DNA of 64,000 nt from the IMG/VR virus record IMGVR_UViG_3300021963_000124, positions 975 through 64,974 of that record. One strand, given 5' to 3'. Source of the DNA: a virus. Lineage: Duplodnaviria > Caudoviricetes. Below are positions 50,095-59,408 of the stretch, piece after piece. A program made the translations under genes and the position numbers. The notes beneath the pieces are model-generated. The model was given only the letters and a program-made list of their open reading frames with translations, had not been told where the DNA came from and made no database searches. Position 1 is the first letter of the stretch. Each line of letters opens with the position of its first letter.

Positions 50095-51897
50095 TTATTC
50101 CATTTCTATTAAATTTTTACCAAAAAACTTTTCATGTATTTCTAAAGGATTTGGTCCTCTAACGTTTCCAAATGGTGCGGATTTATATCCTCCTGGAACA
50201 CCTTCTCCTGTATATGGATTTATGACAGTATTAGTCAATACCGATGGATATAGACCAGGAGCATATCCTCCGCCTGTTAAAAATACTCTTTTACTTAAAA
50301 TTATACCAAGAGAATCCCTCAATTGTCGTAATCGCATTTGATCAGGAGAAACTTCTGTAACTGTAGGAACTGCGTTTAATGTGTTAACTGGAACTGCATT
50401 TAATGTAGGTTCTGTCCCTAAGGTTTTTGTAGTGTCTATACTAGTTGGACTTGATATACTTGCTAATGCAGCCGTTGTTCCCTCATCAGCAACTAATGTA
50501 AGTCCCTCTTCGGTTAACGATGGAATAGGTGGTCCGCTTACACCTGATCCGCCACCGCCTTCGTGAACATGAGGATTTGGATGAATGTGTGGATGAGTAT
50601 GAACATGCGGGTGTGGATGTAAATGATTATTTCCATGTTTATGTTCCAACAACCAATTGCATAGATCATATAACCAATCTACCAAAGTTTGTCCTAAAAC
50701 AGCAGGTTCATTGGTTTGATTATATTCTCCCAAATAAATTACCGGAGAATTTAATACTGTTTTAGTGTTAGAAGTTATTACAACTTGATTTTCAGCATCG
50801 ACTGTATATTCGTCATCTGTAGCTATAGCATATCTTTTTTTGCTAAAATGAAAAGTTTCTTCGTTTTTACTACTAAATATAAGTCTATCTGAATTTATAA
50901 CTATTTGATCTCCTATTAATTTACTTGGAAATATAAATTTGGTTGATCCATTTGGTGAAAATGCCGGATTTTCTAACGGAGATACATCAGGAGATTGAAA
51001 TATTCTTTTTTTAACTGTAGTTACAAATGGTGATTGAGTTAATCCTGATGTTATATGAATCGAAGATCCATCATTATTTATATCTTCTGAAATAAATCCT
51101 CCAGGATTGGATTCGGTATCAATATTTTGAATAGGTCTCTGTCTATTTCGAATCAAAATCATTGGGTTTCCGCCACCAGATGGTTTATTTGTATATGGAT
51201 TTTTAACTTTATTGTAGTAATCTCTATATTTTTTCTCACCTACATCATTGTCTCTATTTGAGTCATATGCTGAAAATCTTATTGATTGTCCAAATCTACT
51301 TTCAATTACAGTGTCTCCTTCATATTTTTTAATGGTTCTAATGTTTTTATTTGCAACGAAATATCTTCCCAATGCACCTTTATCATCATTTGTCGCATAT
51401 TTAGTTGAAACCAATATTGACTCAGGACCTTGATATTTTTTTGCTACATCATTTGGATTTGTTCTTTTTTCTAAATTAAACTTTGCAGGACCAGCAGATC
51501 TTTCTTTAGAAAAGTCGGCATTATTGTTCAAAAATCCATTAGGGATATTTAATTTTCTAAAATAATACAACTTTTTAAAATATCTACCTACTATTACTAC
51601 TTCATTTACTAATGGATATTCGACAATACCAGTATTTTCCATAGGTATTGCCCAATCATTAATGTCATCTTTATCAATATTATATAAAGAGACTAACGGT
51701 CTTACCAAAATTCTTCCAATCCAGGAATAATCAATCGAATCACTAAGTGCGGGCTTATTTTCAAAATTGTCAGGAACAGATGTATAATCTAACTTAACAG
51801 TTTTAGTCTTAAATATAGGATGATTTTCGTCAAGTATTACATCTAATACGACCGCTGGCTCCAATTCATAAAAATGCTTATTTTCGTCAGTATACAT
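50095..51897 (-). CDS. Baseplate central spike/hub protein (gp5/gpV-like)
   Basis: N-terminal OB-like region (GRI...WAIP...YPLVNEVV), EGD..IESRFGQSIRF, beta-helix IVINSDRLIF, EPAVLG, His-x-His tip. Confidence 0.7.
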   Translation of the reverse strand: MYTDENKHFYELEPAVVLDVILDENHPIFKTKTVKLDYTSVPDNFENKPALSDSIDYSWIGRILVRPLVSLYNIDKDDINDWAIPMENTGIVEYPLVNEVVIVGRYFKKLYYFRKLNIPNGFLNNNADFSKERSAGPAKFNLEKRTNPNDVAKKYQGPESILVSTKYATNDDKGALGRYFVANKNIRTIKKYEGDTVIESRFGQSIRFSAYDSNRDNDVGEKKYRDYYNKVKNPYTNKPSGGGNPMILIRNRQRPIQNIDTESNPGGFISEDINNDGSSIHITSGLTQSPFVTTVKKRIFQSPDVSPLENPAFSPNGSTKFIFPSKLIGDQIVINSDRLIFSSKNEETFHFSKKRYAIATDDEYTVDAENQVVITSNTKTVLNSPVIYLGEYNQTNEPAVLGQTLVDWLYDLCNWLLEHKHGNNHLHPHPHVHTHPHIHPNPHVHEGGGGSGVSGPPIPSLTEEGLTLVADEGTTAALASISSPTSIDTTKTLGTEPTLNAVPVNTLNAVPTVTEVSPDQMRLRQLRDSLGIILSKRVFLTGGGYAPGLYPSVLTNTVINPYTGEGVPGGYKSAPFGNVRGPNPLEIHEKFFGKNLIEME

Positions 51898-51899
51898 AT

Positions 51900-52277
51900 T
51901 TATTTTTTAGTAAATTCTATTGGAGTGTGTAACTCTTTGGTTATTTTTTCTGCTTCTTCCATTAATTGTTTACGTTCTTCATCAGATAATGCAAACCCAG
52001 ATTGATTTTCTCCAGGTTGCGCATTCGCACTAATTAATCTTTGAACAATAGCTGCCAATTTAACTAGTTGTTCATCATTTCTTACACCAACATCCAAATA
52101 ATCTTTGATTAGTGGAACGATTACAATAGCATCATTGGCAGTTTTTATCATACTTCTGAGATCTGAAATCAAAATATCTATTTGATTTCGTTTATCGTCA
52201 GAATTGATTACAATATCCTTTAATACCGAGGAATATTTTTTACCTTTATATAATTCGAAGTCAAGATCCATATACAT
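51900..52277 (-). CDS. Small helical protein (weak terminase-small-subunit candidate)
   Basis: 125 aa, all-helical, ends LSDEERKQLM. Confidence 0.4.
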   Translation of the reverse strand: MYMDLDFELYKGKKYSSVLKDIVINSDDKRNQIDILISDLRSMIKTANDAIVIVPLIKDYLDVGVRNDEQLVKLAAIVQRLISANAQPGENQSGFALSDEERKQLMEEAEKITKELHTPIEFTKK

Positions 52278-52301
52278 TATATATATGGTTAAAGGTTGAT
52301 T

Positions 52302-53177
52302 TTATCTGTATAAATCAGTTTGTAGAGACCCTTTATCTAAATAAGCTTTAGTTATAATACTCTGATAATGTTTCATTTTATTTATAACCTTAGTTATTTG
52401 TTGTGTTTTACAAGAACTAATTTCACGGATATACAAATAAAGAGACTTTTTATTGAAACAATCAATACGATTTCCATTTCTAAATAGTTCAATTACCGCA
52501 TTTGCAATACCTAAATCTCTCTTTTTTGTAAAAATTTTATGAATATTCTTTTCCCAATATGTAATCATAATTTTCATAAATTCCGACATTTCCGTATTTT
52601 TATGATGAGCATCTTCTACTTGTAAACACACAGTAGATTCATCTGGAGTATCTGAAATACTTACATGTTGGTTAAATTTTTTATAGTTACCATTGTTATG
52701 AAAAATTAAATAATTTTTGGCAACAATGCTAAAGTAACTGAATGCCTTTCCTTTACCTTTTTCGAATTTGTGCATATTTGCCACCAAATGTGCAACAGTC
52801 TCCTTTTTAATTTCAGAAGGGCTATTATCAAAATAAGTAAATTTAAAAGTATTAAAAATATTTTCTACCAATTTATCAAATGCATTTTTAATGTAACCTT
52901 CATATATCTCATTACGAATAAACTGATCCTCGGTCTCGTTGTATAAAATGATATATTTTTCCGTTTCTTCAGTAAAATACATCTTAGTTACAGATGGTTT
53001 TCTTTTTTTTCTTTTCTTAACTGGTTTAGTTTCTTCAACTAATTTAGTTACTGGGTTATTTTCTTTTTTTAGAACAATAGGTAATTTATTCTTTTTTCTT
53101 ACTTTTTTAATCTTTCTAGATTTAGGCAATAATTTTCCTATTTTTTTGGATTTTTTTAACTTTTTAATTTTTTTCAT
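52302..53177 (-). CDS. Phage sigma factor, T4 gp55-like (late transcription)
   Basis: YFT..TE..I..YN, KLVENI, HKFE.GKGKAFSYFSIVAKNYL resembles sigma region 2. Possible C-terminal HTH. Confidence 0.7.
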   Translation of the reverse strand: MKKIKKLKKSKKIGKLLPKSRKIKKVRKKNKLPIVLKKENNPVTKLVEETKPVKKRKKRKPSVTKMYFTEETEKYIILYNETEDQFIRNEIYEGYIKNAFDKLVENIFNTFKFTYFDNSPSEIKKETVAHLVANMHKFEKGKGKAFSYFSIVAKNYLIFHNNGNYKKFNQHVSISDTPDESTVCLQVEDAHHKNTEMSEFMKIMITYWEKNIHKIFTKKRDLGIANAVIELFRNGNRIDCFNKKSLYLYIREISSCKTQQITKVINKMKHYQSIITKAYLDKGSLQTDLYR

Positions 53178-53431
53178 TCAGTTCTTTTGTTGAGTTTTTC
53201 TATCAACTTTACAATTTCTGAAAAAACAAAACCTACATCATCATCTTTCTGAAAAATTTGTCTGTCATCTATCTCTTTTAACTTCTGAAACGTATTTTCA
53301 GTTGTTTGTTTAAATTCTGATATCCAATTAGATAGTGTATCTATCTTTTCGTATAATCTATCGATTGACATCGCAAAGTATATATTTGCGCATATTGATA
53401 CTGTCAGTAACACACTTAATATTATTATCAT
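53174..53431 (-). CDS. Small membrane-anchored coiled-coil protein
   Basis: N-terminal hydrophobic helix MIIILSVLLTVSICANIYFAM and ATGA overlap with the sigma gene. Confidence 0.6.
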   Translation of the reverse strand: MIIILSVLLTVSICANIYFAMSIDRLYEKIDTLSNWISEFKQTTENTFQKLKEIDDRQIFQKDDDVGFVFSEIVKLIEKLNKRTE

Positions 53432-53434
53432 AAA

Positions 53435-53578
53435 CTATTCCTCGTCGTAATCATCATACTCGGATTCGTCTAAATATTCTTCTAAATAAGATATTGATTC
53501 CTCGACTAAATCCCAGTCCTCAGTTTTGTGTGACGATTTTAACAAATTCAAAATTTCTTTTATATCAGCTTGGTCCAT
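53435..53578 (-). CDS. Small acidic protein, 47 aa (not in ORF track)
   Basis: MDQADIKEILNLLKSSHKTEDWDLVEESISYLEEYLDESEYDDYDEE fills the gap and ends 3 nt before the next ATG. Confidence 0.65.
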   Translation of the reverse strand: MDQADIKEILNLLKSSHKTEDWDLVEESISYLEEYLDESEYDDYDEE

Positions 53579-53642
53579 AATTGTGTCGATATCTAAATAT
53601 AGTATTTAAAAAGAAAAAAACAATAAAATATTTAATTTTAAT

Positions 53643-54638
53643 TTAAAAAGAAAAATATCCTTTCAATCCATCCGATGATGTAGTAACTTCTTTTATAACT
53701 TCTTTTTCAACTGGCACTTCTTTTATAACTTCTCTATCTACAGGAATTTCTACGTTTTTAATTATTTCTTTTTCAACTGGCACTTCTTTTATAATCTCTT
53801 TGACGGTTTCCTTATTTGATTCCTTTTCAGAAAAATTATTTTTAATCTCATCGTTTTTTTGATATAAAGTAGTATTATATGCCAACAATAAACATATTGC
53901 AAGAGGATCAAAAACAGAAATTAATGCTATAATGAACCATTTTACTACTTTATTCAAATCTACACCAAATTCATCTGCAATGAATTGAAAAGTTTGAATA
54001 TCTTTTTTTGAACCGTTTTGAATCTTTAAATCGGTTATTTGTTTATCAAATGATTGTAATTCATCAATTCCTTTTTGTATCTTTTGATTTTCAGATTCGA
54101 TATCTTTCTGACTTTGTTCAATAAAATCAGCAGTTTGTTGTTGAATCTGACGTAATTGTATAGGATTTCTCGCAATCAAACTATTAGTCATACTCTCATT
54201 TAATCTAGATTCTTGACTATTACGAAGAGATATAACATTTTCAATTCTCTTTTTAGATGCGTCAATTTTATCTTGTGAATATTTTTTCTGACTTTCAATT
54301 ATTTCTATTTTTTGATTTGAAATTTTCATTTCAAGTGCAGATTGTTGATATGCACCTGTCAAATAACCAAATATTCCTGCACTAGTAATTAACATCAAAA
54401 CTAAAACAGAAATAACTAAATAACTCTTTAATAAAAATTGAGATTTCTGCCAGTATCTATACAAAAAACTTGTAGCCACAAGTTTTCCTATTTCCAAAGA
54501 ACTTGCCATTATCATTGCGGCGATAGATGACCCACTAAATAACATTCCGATACCTATAATACTAAAGAAAGCTGCGCAACTTGCAATGAATAATGATGAT
54601 AATCCTACAAGTTTTTCAAAATTAAATAAATTTTTCAT
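53643..54638 (-). CDS. Multi-pass membrane protein with coiled coil and KEVPVE repeats
   Basis: 3 N-terminal TM helices, coiled coil, TM ending VFDPLAICLL, and C-terminal KEVPVEKEII/VI repeats. Confidence 0.7.
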   Translation of the reverse strand: MKNLFNFEKLVGLSSLFIASCAAFFSIIGIGMLFSGSSIAAMIMASSLEIGKLVATSFLYRYWQKSQFLLKSYLVISVLVLMLITSAGIFGYLTGAYQQSALEMKISNQKIEIIESQKKYSQDKIDASKKRIENVISLRNSQESRLNESMTNSLIARNPIQLRQIQQQTADFIEQSQKDIESENQKIQKGIDELQSFDKQITDLKIQNGSKKDIQTFQFIADEFGVDLNKVVKWFIIALISVFDPLAICLLLAYNTTLYQKNDEIKNNFSEKESNKETVKEIIKEVPVEKEIIKNVEIPVDREVIKEVPVEKEVIKEVTTSSDGLKGYFSF

Positions 54639-54660
54639 ATTTCATATATATGGACAAAAA

Positions 54661-54695
54661 AGAAAACCCTCTCATGTTTGTAACACAAGAGGGTT
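54661..54695 (-). terminator. Intrinsic terminator after hsp20
   Basis: AACCCTCT...AGAGGGTT stem followed by a T-rich tail on the minus strand. Confidence 0.7.
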
Positions 54696-54716
54696 ATTAT
54701 ATAAATATATAACCAA

Positions 54717-55199
54717 TTATTTAATTGTAACCTTTCTTACTTCAGGAACCACAGGTTTTACTTTGTTGAGAGTAATTTGAAGGATTCCATTTTCAAATGT
54801 AGCAGAAACGGTATCTTTTTCAATATTGTCTCCCAATGTAAATGACCTGCGGAAATTAGAACGTTTCAATTCTCTTCTAATATACCTACCACCCTCAGTG
54901 TCTGTAACATTTTTACTTTTTCCACCAATAACAGTGAGAACATTTTGTTGAACTTCAACATTTACGTCGGCTTTTGTTAATCCTGGAACTTCTGCCTCTA
55001 TAACAACTTTATCATTAAAATCAATTACATCAACTCTTGGATAAGACCCCTTTTCGAAAAAATCTATACCAAATTCTTGTGTAAATGAAGGGACATTTGC
55101 TTTGAAAAATTCATCGAAAATTTGATCAAACGGAGTCAAAAATTCCTCACGATGAATTGCATGAGATAACGGATTAGTTCTATATTTTACTACTGACAT
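54717..55199 (-). CDS. Small heat-shock protein Hsp20
   Basis: PRVDV, EAEVPG, LTV.G, FRRSFTL, ATFENGILQITL.K: alpha-crystallin domain. Confidence 0.95.
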   Translation of the reverse strand: MSVVKYRTNPLSHAIHREEFLTPFDQIFDEFFKANVPSFTQEFGIDFFEKGSYPRVDVIDFNDKVVIEAEVPGLTKADVNVEVQQNVLTVIGGKSKNVTDTEGGRYIRRELKRSNFRRSFTLGDNIEKDTVSATFENGILQITLNKVKPVVPEVRKVTIK

Positions 55200-55327
55200 A
55201 TATATTTTCCTTTCTTAAATGGTCTATTTAGACCCATTTTCATGTATTCTTTTAGGGACATACAAGGATGACAACTTTAGTCATCTAACTTATATATATC
55301 AATTTTTCAGAAAAAATTCAATTTTTT

Positions 55328-56890
55328 TTATTGCCATTCAATTATGACTTGACCGTTTCCACCTATTCCTCCATCAATGGATGTAGATGTTGCAAAAGAA
55401 CTTGCTCCACCACCTCCGCCTCCTGGTAATTCTCCGGCATTTCCAAACCAAGAAGATGTAGATACTCCTGAAGCAGAAATACTGGTATTCATTAAACCAC
55501 CAGCACCGCCAAAATAACAAGATCCACCGGCTGAACCTGAAATTGTTGTAGAAATATATCCATCTTCACCACTAATTATGATGCTTCCAGAACATAATGA
55601 TCCCTTACCTCCAGAACCACTATTTGGAGTTGTAACCCCACCTTCGGCACCATATCCACCATCTGCCAATACAATTAATGTGCTTCCCGTTAAATATACA
55701 TATGAATCTCCACCATCAATTCCTTTGCTTCCAAATACAGAAGGAACTCCTAAAGAACCTGTTCCACCAAGGCCTCCAGATCCTACAACAACAGTTAAAA
55801 TATCTGATGATGCGGTCGGTAAAGTATAATATGATTGAACATATGCACCACCTCCACCACCTGAGGCTCCAACTGCACTTCCTATTGAAGTTGCTCCTCC
55901 GCCTCCTCCACCTGCTCCAATTGCAGTGATTCTGAGTAACAACGATGATGATGTCGGAGATGCGCCGTATGGATTACCAGAATCTACTGAAGGATTTTTA
56001 AATCTAAAATAATGAACTCCGGGAGAAGAATATGTAACTTTTCTAGTAGGATTAAACGTCAATGCACTAGATGTCACTGAATATGAAGATGAAACAGATT
56101 GATTAGAAAATTGAGATATACTACTTGTGTAAGAATATAATGAATTATTGGAATAATCAGTTAAACTTGATGTGAGTGAATATGATGATGAAACTGAATA
56201 ACTAGAACTTATTCCATTAAACGAATAACTTGAAGTTATTGAATTACTTGAAGTTATTGAAATTGAGCTAGTTAATGAGTAACTCGCTGTAAAAATACAA
56301 TACGAAGATGTGGATGATAATGTTGAGAACAAAGAATTATCAGAATATGACGATGTTACAGAATAACTTGATGATGGAGAAAATGCAGAACTTAATGCCG
56401 TAGAAGTATATAAAGAATATGATGATGTATTTGATGATTCGGATAATAAAGAATAACTGCTACTCACGGAATTAGATGATGTAACTGATAAACTGGAAGA
56501 ATTACTAAATACAGAAACTATAGAATATGACGATGTAGAACTATTTGGATATGAAAGTGATTGAGCAGTTGATGAAATACTTGAAGTATCTGCATTTACA
56601 GAAAATATAGAATAAGATGAAGTAGAATTATTTGGATATTGTAATTCTTGAGCAATCAATGATACGGAAGAAGTGGTTGATATTCCGTCTAAATTTCCAT
56701 AAATTGATCCTGTGACATTTCCTACAACATTTCCTACAAAAGATCCTGTAAAGCTACCAGTAGATACAGATAGTGATATGTCAGAAATGGATACTCGGTA
56801 AGTATCTAATGAACTGCTTTGGACAATTGGAAAAAAGTCACTTCCCGTAACTTGTCCTGGATATTGTAATAATTCGCTTATTCTTGGCAT
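55328..56890 (-). CDS. Ser-rich fibre protein with C-terminal Gly-rich domain
   Basis: RISEL N-terminus, TGSFTGSF, SSYS repeats, IGAGGGGG...GGGGGAY...G.GG.GQVIIEW. Confidence 0.7.
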   Translation of the reverse strand: MPRISELLQYPGQVTGSDFFPIVQSSSLDTYRVSISDISLSVSTGSFTGSFVGNVVGNVTGSIYGNLDGISTTSSVSLIAQELQYPNNSTSSYSIFSVNADTSSISSTAQSLSYPNSSTSSYSIVSVFSNSSSLSVTSSNSVSSSYSLLSESSNTSSYSLYTSTALSSAFSPSSSYSVTSSYSDNSLFSTLSSTSSYCIFTASYSLTSSISITSSNSITSSYSFNGISSSYSVSSSYSLTSSLTDYSNNSLYSYTSSISQFSNQSVSSSYSVTSSALTFNPTRKVTYSSPGVHYFRFKNPSVDSGNPYGASPTSSSLLLRITAIGAGGGGGGATSIGSAVGASGGGGGAYVQSYYTLPTASSDILTVVVGSGGLGGTGSLGVPSVFGSKGIDGGDSYVYLTGSTLIVLADGGYGAEGGVTTPNSGSGGKGSLCSGSIIISGEDGYISTTISGSAGGSCYFGGAGGLMNTSISASGVSTSSWFGNAGELPGGGGGGASSFATSTSIDGGIGGNGQVIIEWQ

Positions 56891-56923
56891 ACTTATATAT
56901 ATATTTAAAGGTTGATAAAATCA

Positions 56924-58111
56924 TTAACAATTACTTGAATTGGTTGTAGGAGGTGCTTCATCGTTTGATCCTGACGAATTTGATTGAATTGTAAATGCTG
57001 CAAATGAAAATATAGAACCTGATAAAATCGGAGTAGGTGTCGTAGCGTTCAAATATCGATGTTCTTCCCAGAATCCCCCATCCCAATCTGTTTTTCCATA
57101 TTGAACTCTGTGAACATATATAATTCCACTTGTTCTTGAACAATTTGCTGCCCAACAAACAGTATTATTTTTTATATCATTATTTAACGCACCTCCTAAT
57201 GGAGAACTGTCTGCTTTTACAATTAATGATTGATTTCTATTAGGCGGAGTGTCATATGATATTATGAATTGACATCCACTAAAATTTACTGGTGTAGTCA
57301 CAAAACTAATTTTTGAAACATTATACCAGCAAAGAGGAATTAATTTATTGTTATTTCCTACTTGAAATGAACAATATGCAAATGCATCATTATTTCCCGA
57401 TAAAACTTTTTTACTCCTATTCGATATATTTGCGTAGGATGAATAATTACTAACCGAAGCAGTTATTGCATTATAAGATTGTTCACTTTCATATGCATAT
57501 TTCATCTTAGTTTTATTTGCAGAAGAGATTTCATCTGCAAAATCAGATTTTACACTTTTATCACTGTGTATAGACCGTCTCACAATTCCATTATTATTAG
57601 AAGGAATTATATATTTTGTTTTTTGAGATATACTTGATGAAATAGATGAATCTGATTTATAAGATGTTTTTGTAAAATTAACATCTTGATTGACGAATAC
57701 GTAAGAGGATGTATTTGAAAATGAAGAAATATCAGTAAACGAAGAACTTAAAGAAAAAGATGAATATTTAGATTTACTTGAAGATAAAGAATTTACAGAA
57801 TATGACGCGGTTCCATTTGTAGCAGAATAATTTAAATGATTTGAAAATAAACTTTTGCTACTTGTAATTGAAAATGATGAGGAATCAACTGATCCTGAAA
57901 AAATTCCATAGAAAATTCCATCATATGATCCTGTTCTGAATATATTTGATATGTTGGATGACGTATAATAATATTTTGTAAATTCGCTTAATTCAATCGC
58001 TTTTGTCTCTATTTTTCCTAAACTATTTGTGACTTCTGTAACAACAATACGATCTCCTCCTGAAATAAGAGAATATAATAATTTCTTAAGATTAGTAATT
58101 TGATAAGACAT
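56924..58111 (-). CDS. Ser-rich fibre paralogue
   Basis: Same anchor, TGSY.G, Ser-repeat and FAY..F domain layout as its neighbours. Confidence 0.65.
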   Translation of the reverse strand: MSYQITNLKKLLYSLISGGDRIVVTEVTNSLGKIETKAIELSEFTKYYYTSSNISNIFRTGSYDGIFYGIFSGSVDSSSFSITSSKSLFSNHLNYSATNGTASYSVNSLSSSKSKYSSFSLSSSFTDISSFSNTSSYVFVNQDVNFTKTSYKSDSSISSSISQKTKYIIPSNNNGIVRRSIHSDKSVKSDFADEISSANKTKMKYAYESEQSYNAITASVSNYSSYANISNRSKKVLSGNNDAFAYCSFQVGNNNKLIPLCWYNVSKISFVTTPVNFSGCQFIISYDTPPNRNQSLIVKADSSPLGGALNNDIKNNTVCWAANCSRTSGIIYVHRVQYGKTDWDGGFWEEHRYLNATTPTPILSGSIFSFAAFTIQSNSSGSNDEAPPTTNSSNC

Positions 58112-58115
58112 AATA

Positions 58116-59393
58116 TTACACTTTTGAACATCCGGCTATTAAATTAGATACCGTAACAGTTTCAACTGAACATGAAAATGGATTTTTTGTTCCTGATGAA
58201 TTGGAATACATTACTACAGATACATTTGATCCCGCAGAACCTCCACGCCAATTATTGGTTGGATTTCCATCTGCGGATGAACCAAAGAATATTGCAACGG
58301 CAAATTTATTTGCAGATATAGGCCATCCATATGTTCTATAAAAAAACGATACGGGAGTTTGTATCGGAAATGATCCAACACCAATATCAGATAAAACAAC
58401 TGTAGAAGGAACTTCTTGATTTGGTGGAACTTCATATGACCCAGTAAAAACTGCCATATAATTAGTATTATACCAAAATCCTACACCGGGTTCTGCAATA
58501 TTTTTATATTGATCAACATTATATCTAAAAACAAAGTCAGAATTATTGGCATCAGGCGTGGTTCCTTCTGGAATTCCAGGTTTTAATTGAACATCCAAAA
58601 TTAATTTAAAATTAATATAAGCGAAAACAATATTGTCAGAGTTCTCAGTAAATGTAGATTTTGCAGAATTTAATGATCTCTTTATATATTCGGATTGTGT
58701 TGAAATTTTAGAAATCGAAGATGATATAGCAGCAGAAGATGTAGAATTATTTACTAAAACTCCATTATATGATACTGCGGGATCTATTAAGTATTCACTT
58801 GTAGTTTTTTTAATTATTTTGTTTTTTGAAAGTTCATTACAAAATGAAGACGAATATGAATAATCTGATATTATAGATTTATATACTTGTCCATTATATT
58901 TTCCATCATAGATTAAATAATCTGAGGAATTTGAATAAATAGACACTTCAGATAATGAAGATGTATTGCATTTAAATGATGAAGAATAAATTAATACATC
59001 CACATGAGATGATGTTAAACTTATATTTGAGTTATATGAATATGAAGATGACAGTGATTGGACTGTAGATGATGCATAAGATGCAGATATAGATAATATC
59101 GAAAATGATGATGTAGAATTGTTAGGATAATTTAAAAAATTTGTAATTTCAGAATGAGACGATACAATTGAACTTGTTGCATTTGTAGATTTTCCATAAT
59201 TATTTCCCACAAACTCTCCCAAATAACTTCCTGTTTTCAATGAATTATTTAAATTTGATGAAGTTATTATGTAGGCAGATAAATCTTCTATGAGTAAAGC
59301 TTTTGTTTCAGACTCACTCATATCTTGAACAAAAATCAAATCCTTATTTGAAATTTCATTCTTTTTTAATTTTTTTAAGCCAGACAGTTCCAT
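58116..59393 (-). CDS. Ser-rich fibre paralogue
   Basis: LSGL...DLIFVQD...ETK, TGSY.G, Ser repeats, FAYINF domain. Confidence 0.65.
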   Translation of the reverse strand: MELSGLKKLKKNEISNKDLIFVQDMSESETKALLIEDLSAYIITSSNLNNSLKTGSYLGEFVGNNYGKSTNATSSIVSSHSEITNFLNYPNNSTSSFSILSISASYASSTVQSLSSSYSYNSNISLTSSHVDVLIYSSSFKCNTSSLSEVSIYSNSSDYLIYDGKYNGQVYKSIISDYSYSSSFCNELSKNKIIKKTTSEYLIDPAVSYNGVLVNNSTSSAAISSSISKISTQSEYIKRSLNSAKSTFTENSDNIVFAYINFKLILDVQLKPGIPEGTTPDANNSDFVFRYNVDQYKNIAEPGVGFWYNTNYMAVFTGSYEVPPNQEVPSTVVLSDIGVGSFPIQTPVSFFYRTYGWPISANKFAVAIFFGSSADGNPTNNWRGGSAGSNVSVVMYSNSSGTKNPFSCSVETVTVSNLIAGCSKV

Positions 59394-59408
59394 ATTTTTT
59401 AATAAAAA

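Noticed and set aside
22515-51897. Tailocin or extracellular contractile injection system
   Set aside because: Capsid, portal, protease, terminase and replication genes are present, so this is a phage.
53690-53800. Short direct repeats as a CRISPR array
   Set aside because: They are in-frame coding repeats (KEVPVE) with no unique spacers and no cas genes.
55200-55290. ROSE thermometer or CIRCE operator before hsp20
   Set aside because: No CIRCE inverted repeat, and the SD is not paired within the last hairpin. Kept only as an unclassified structured leader.
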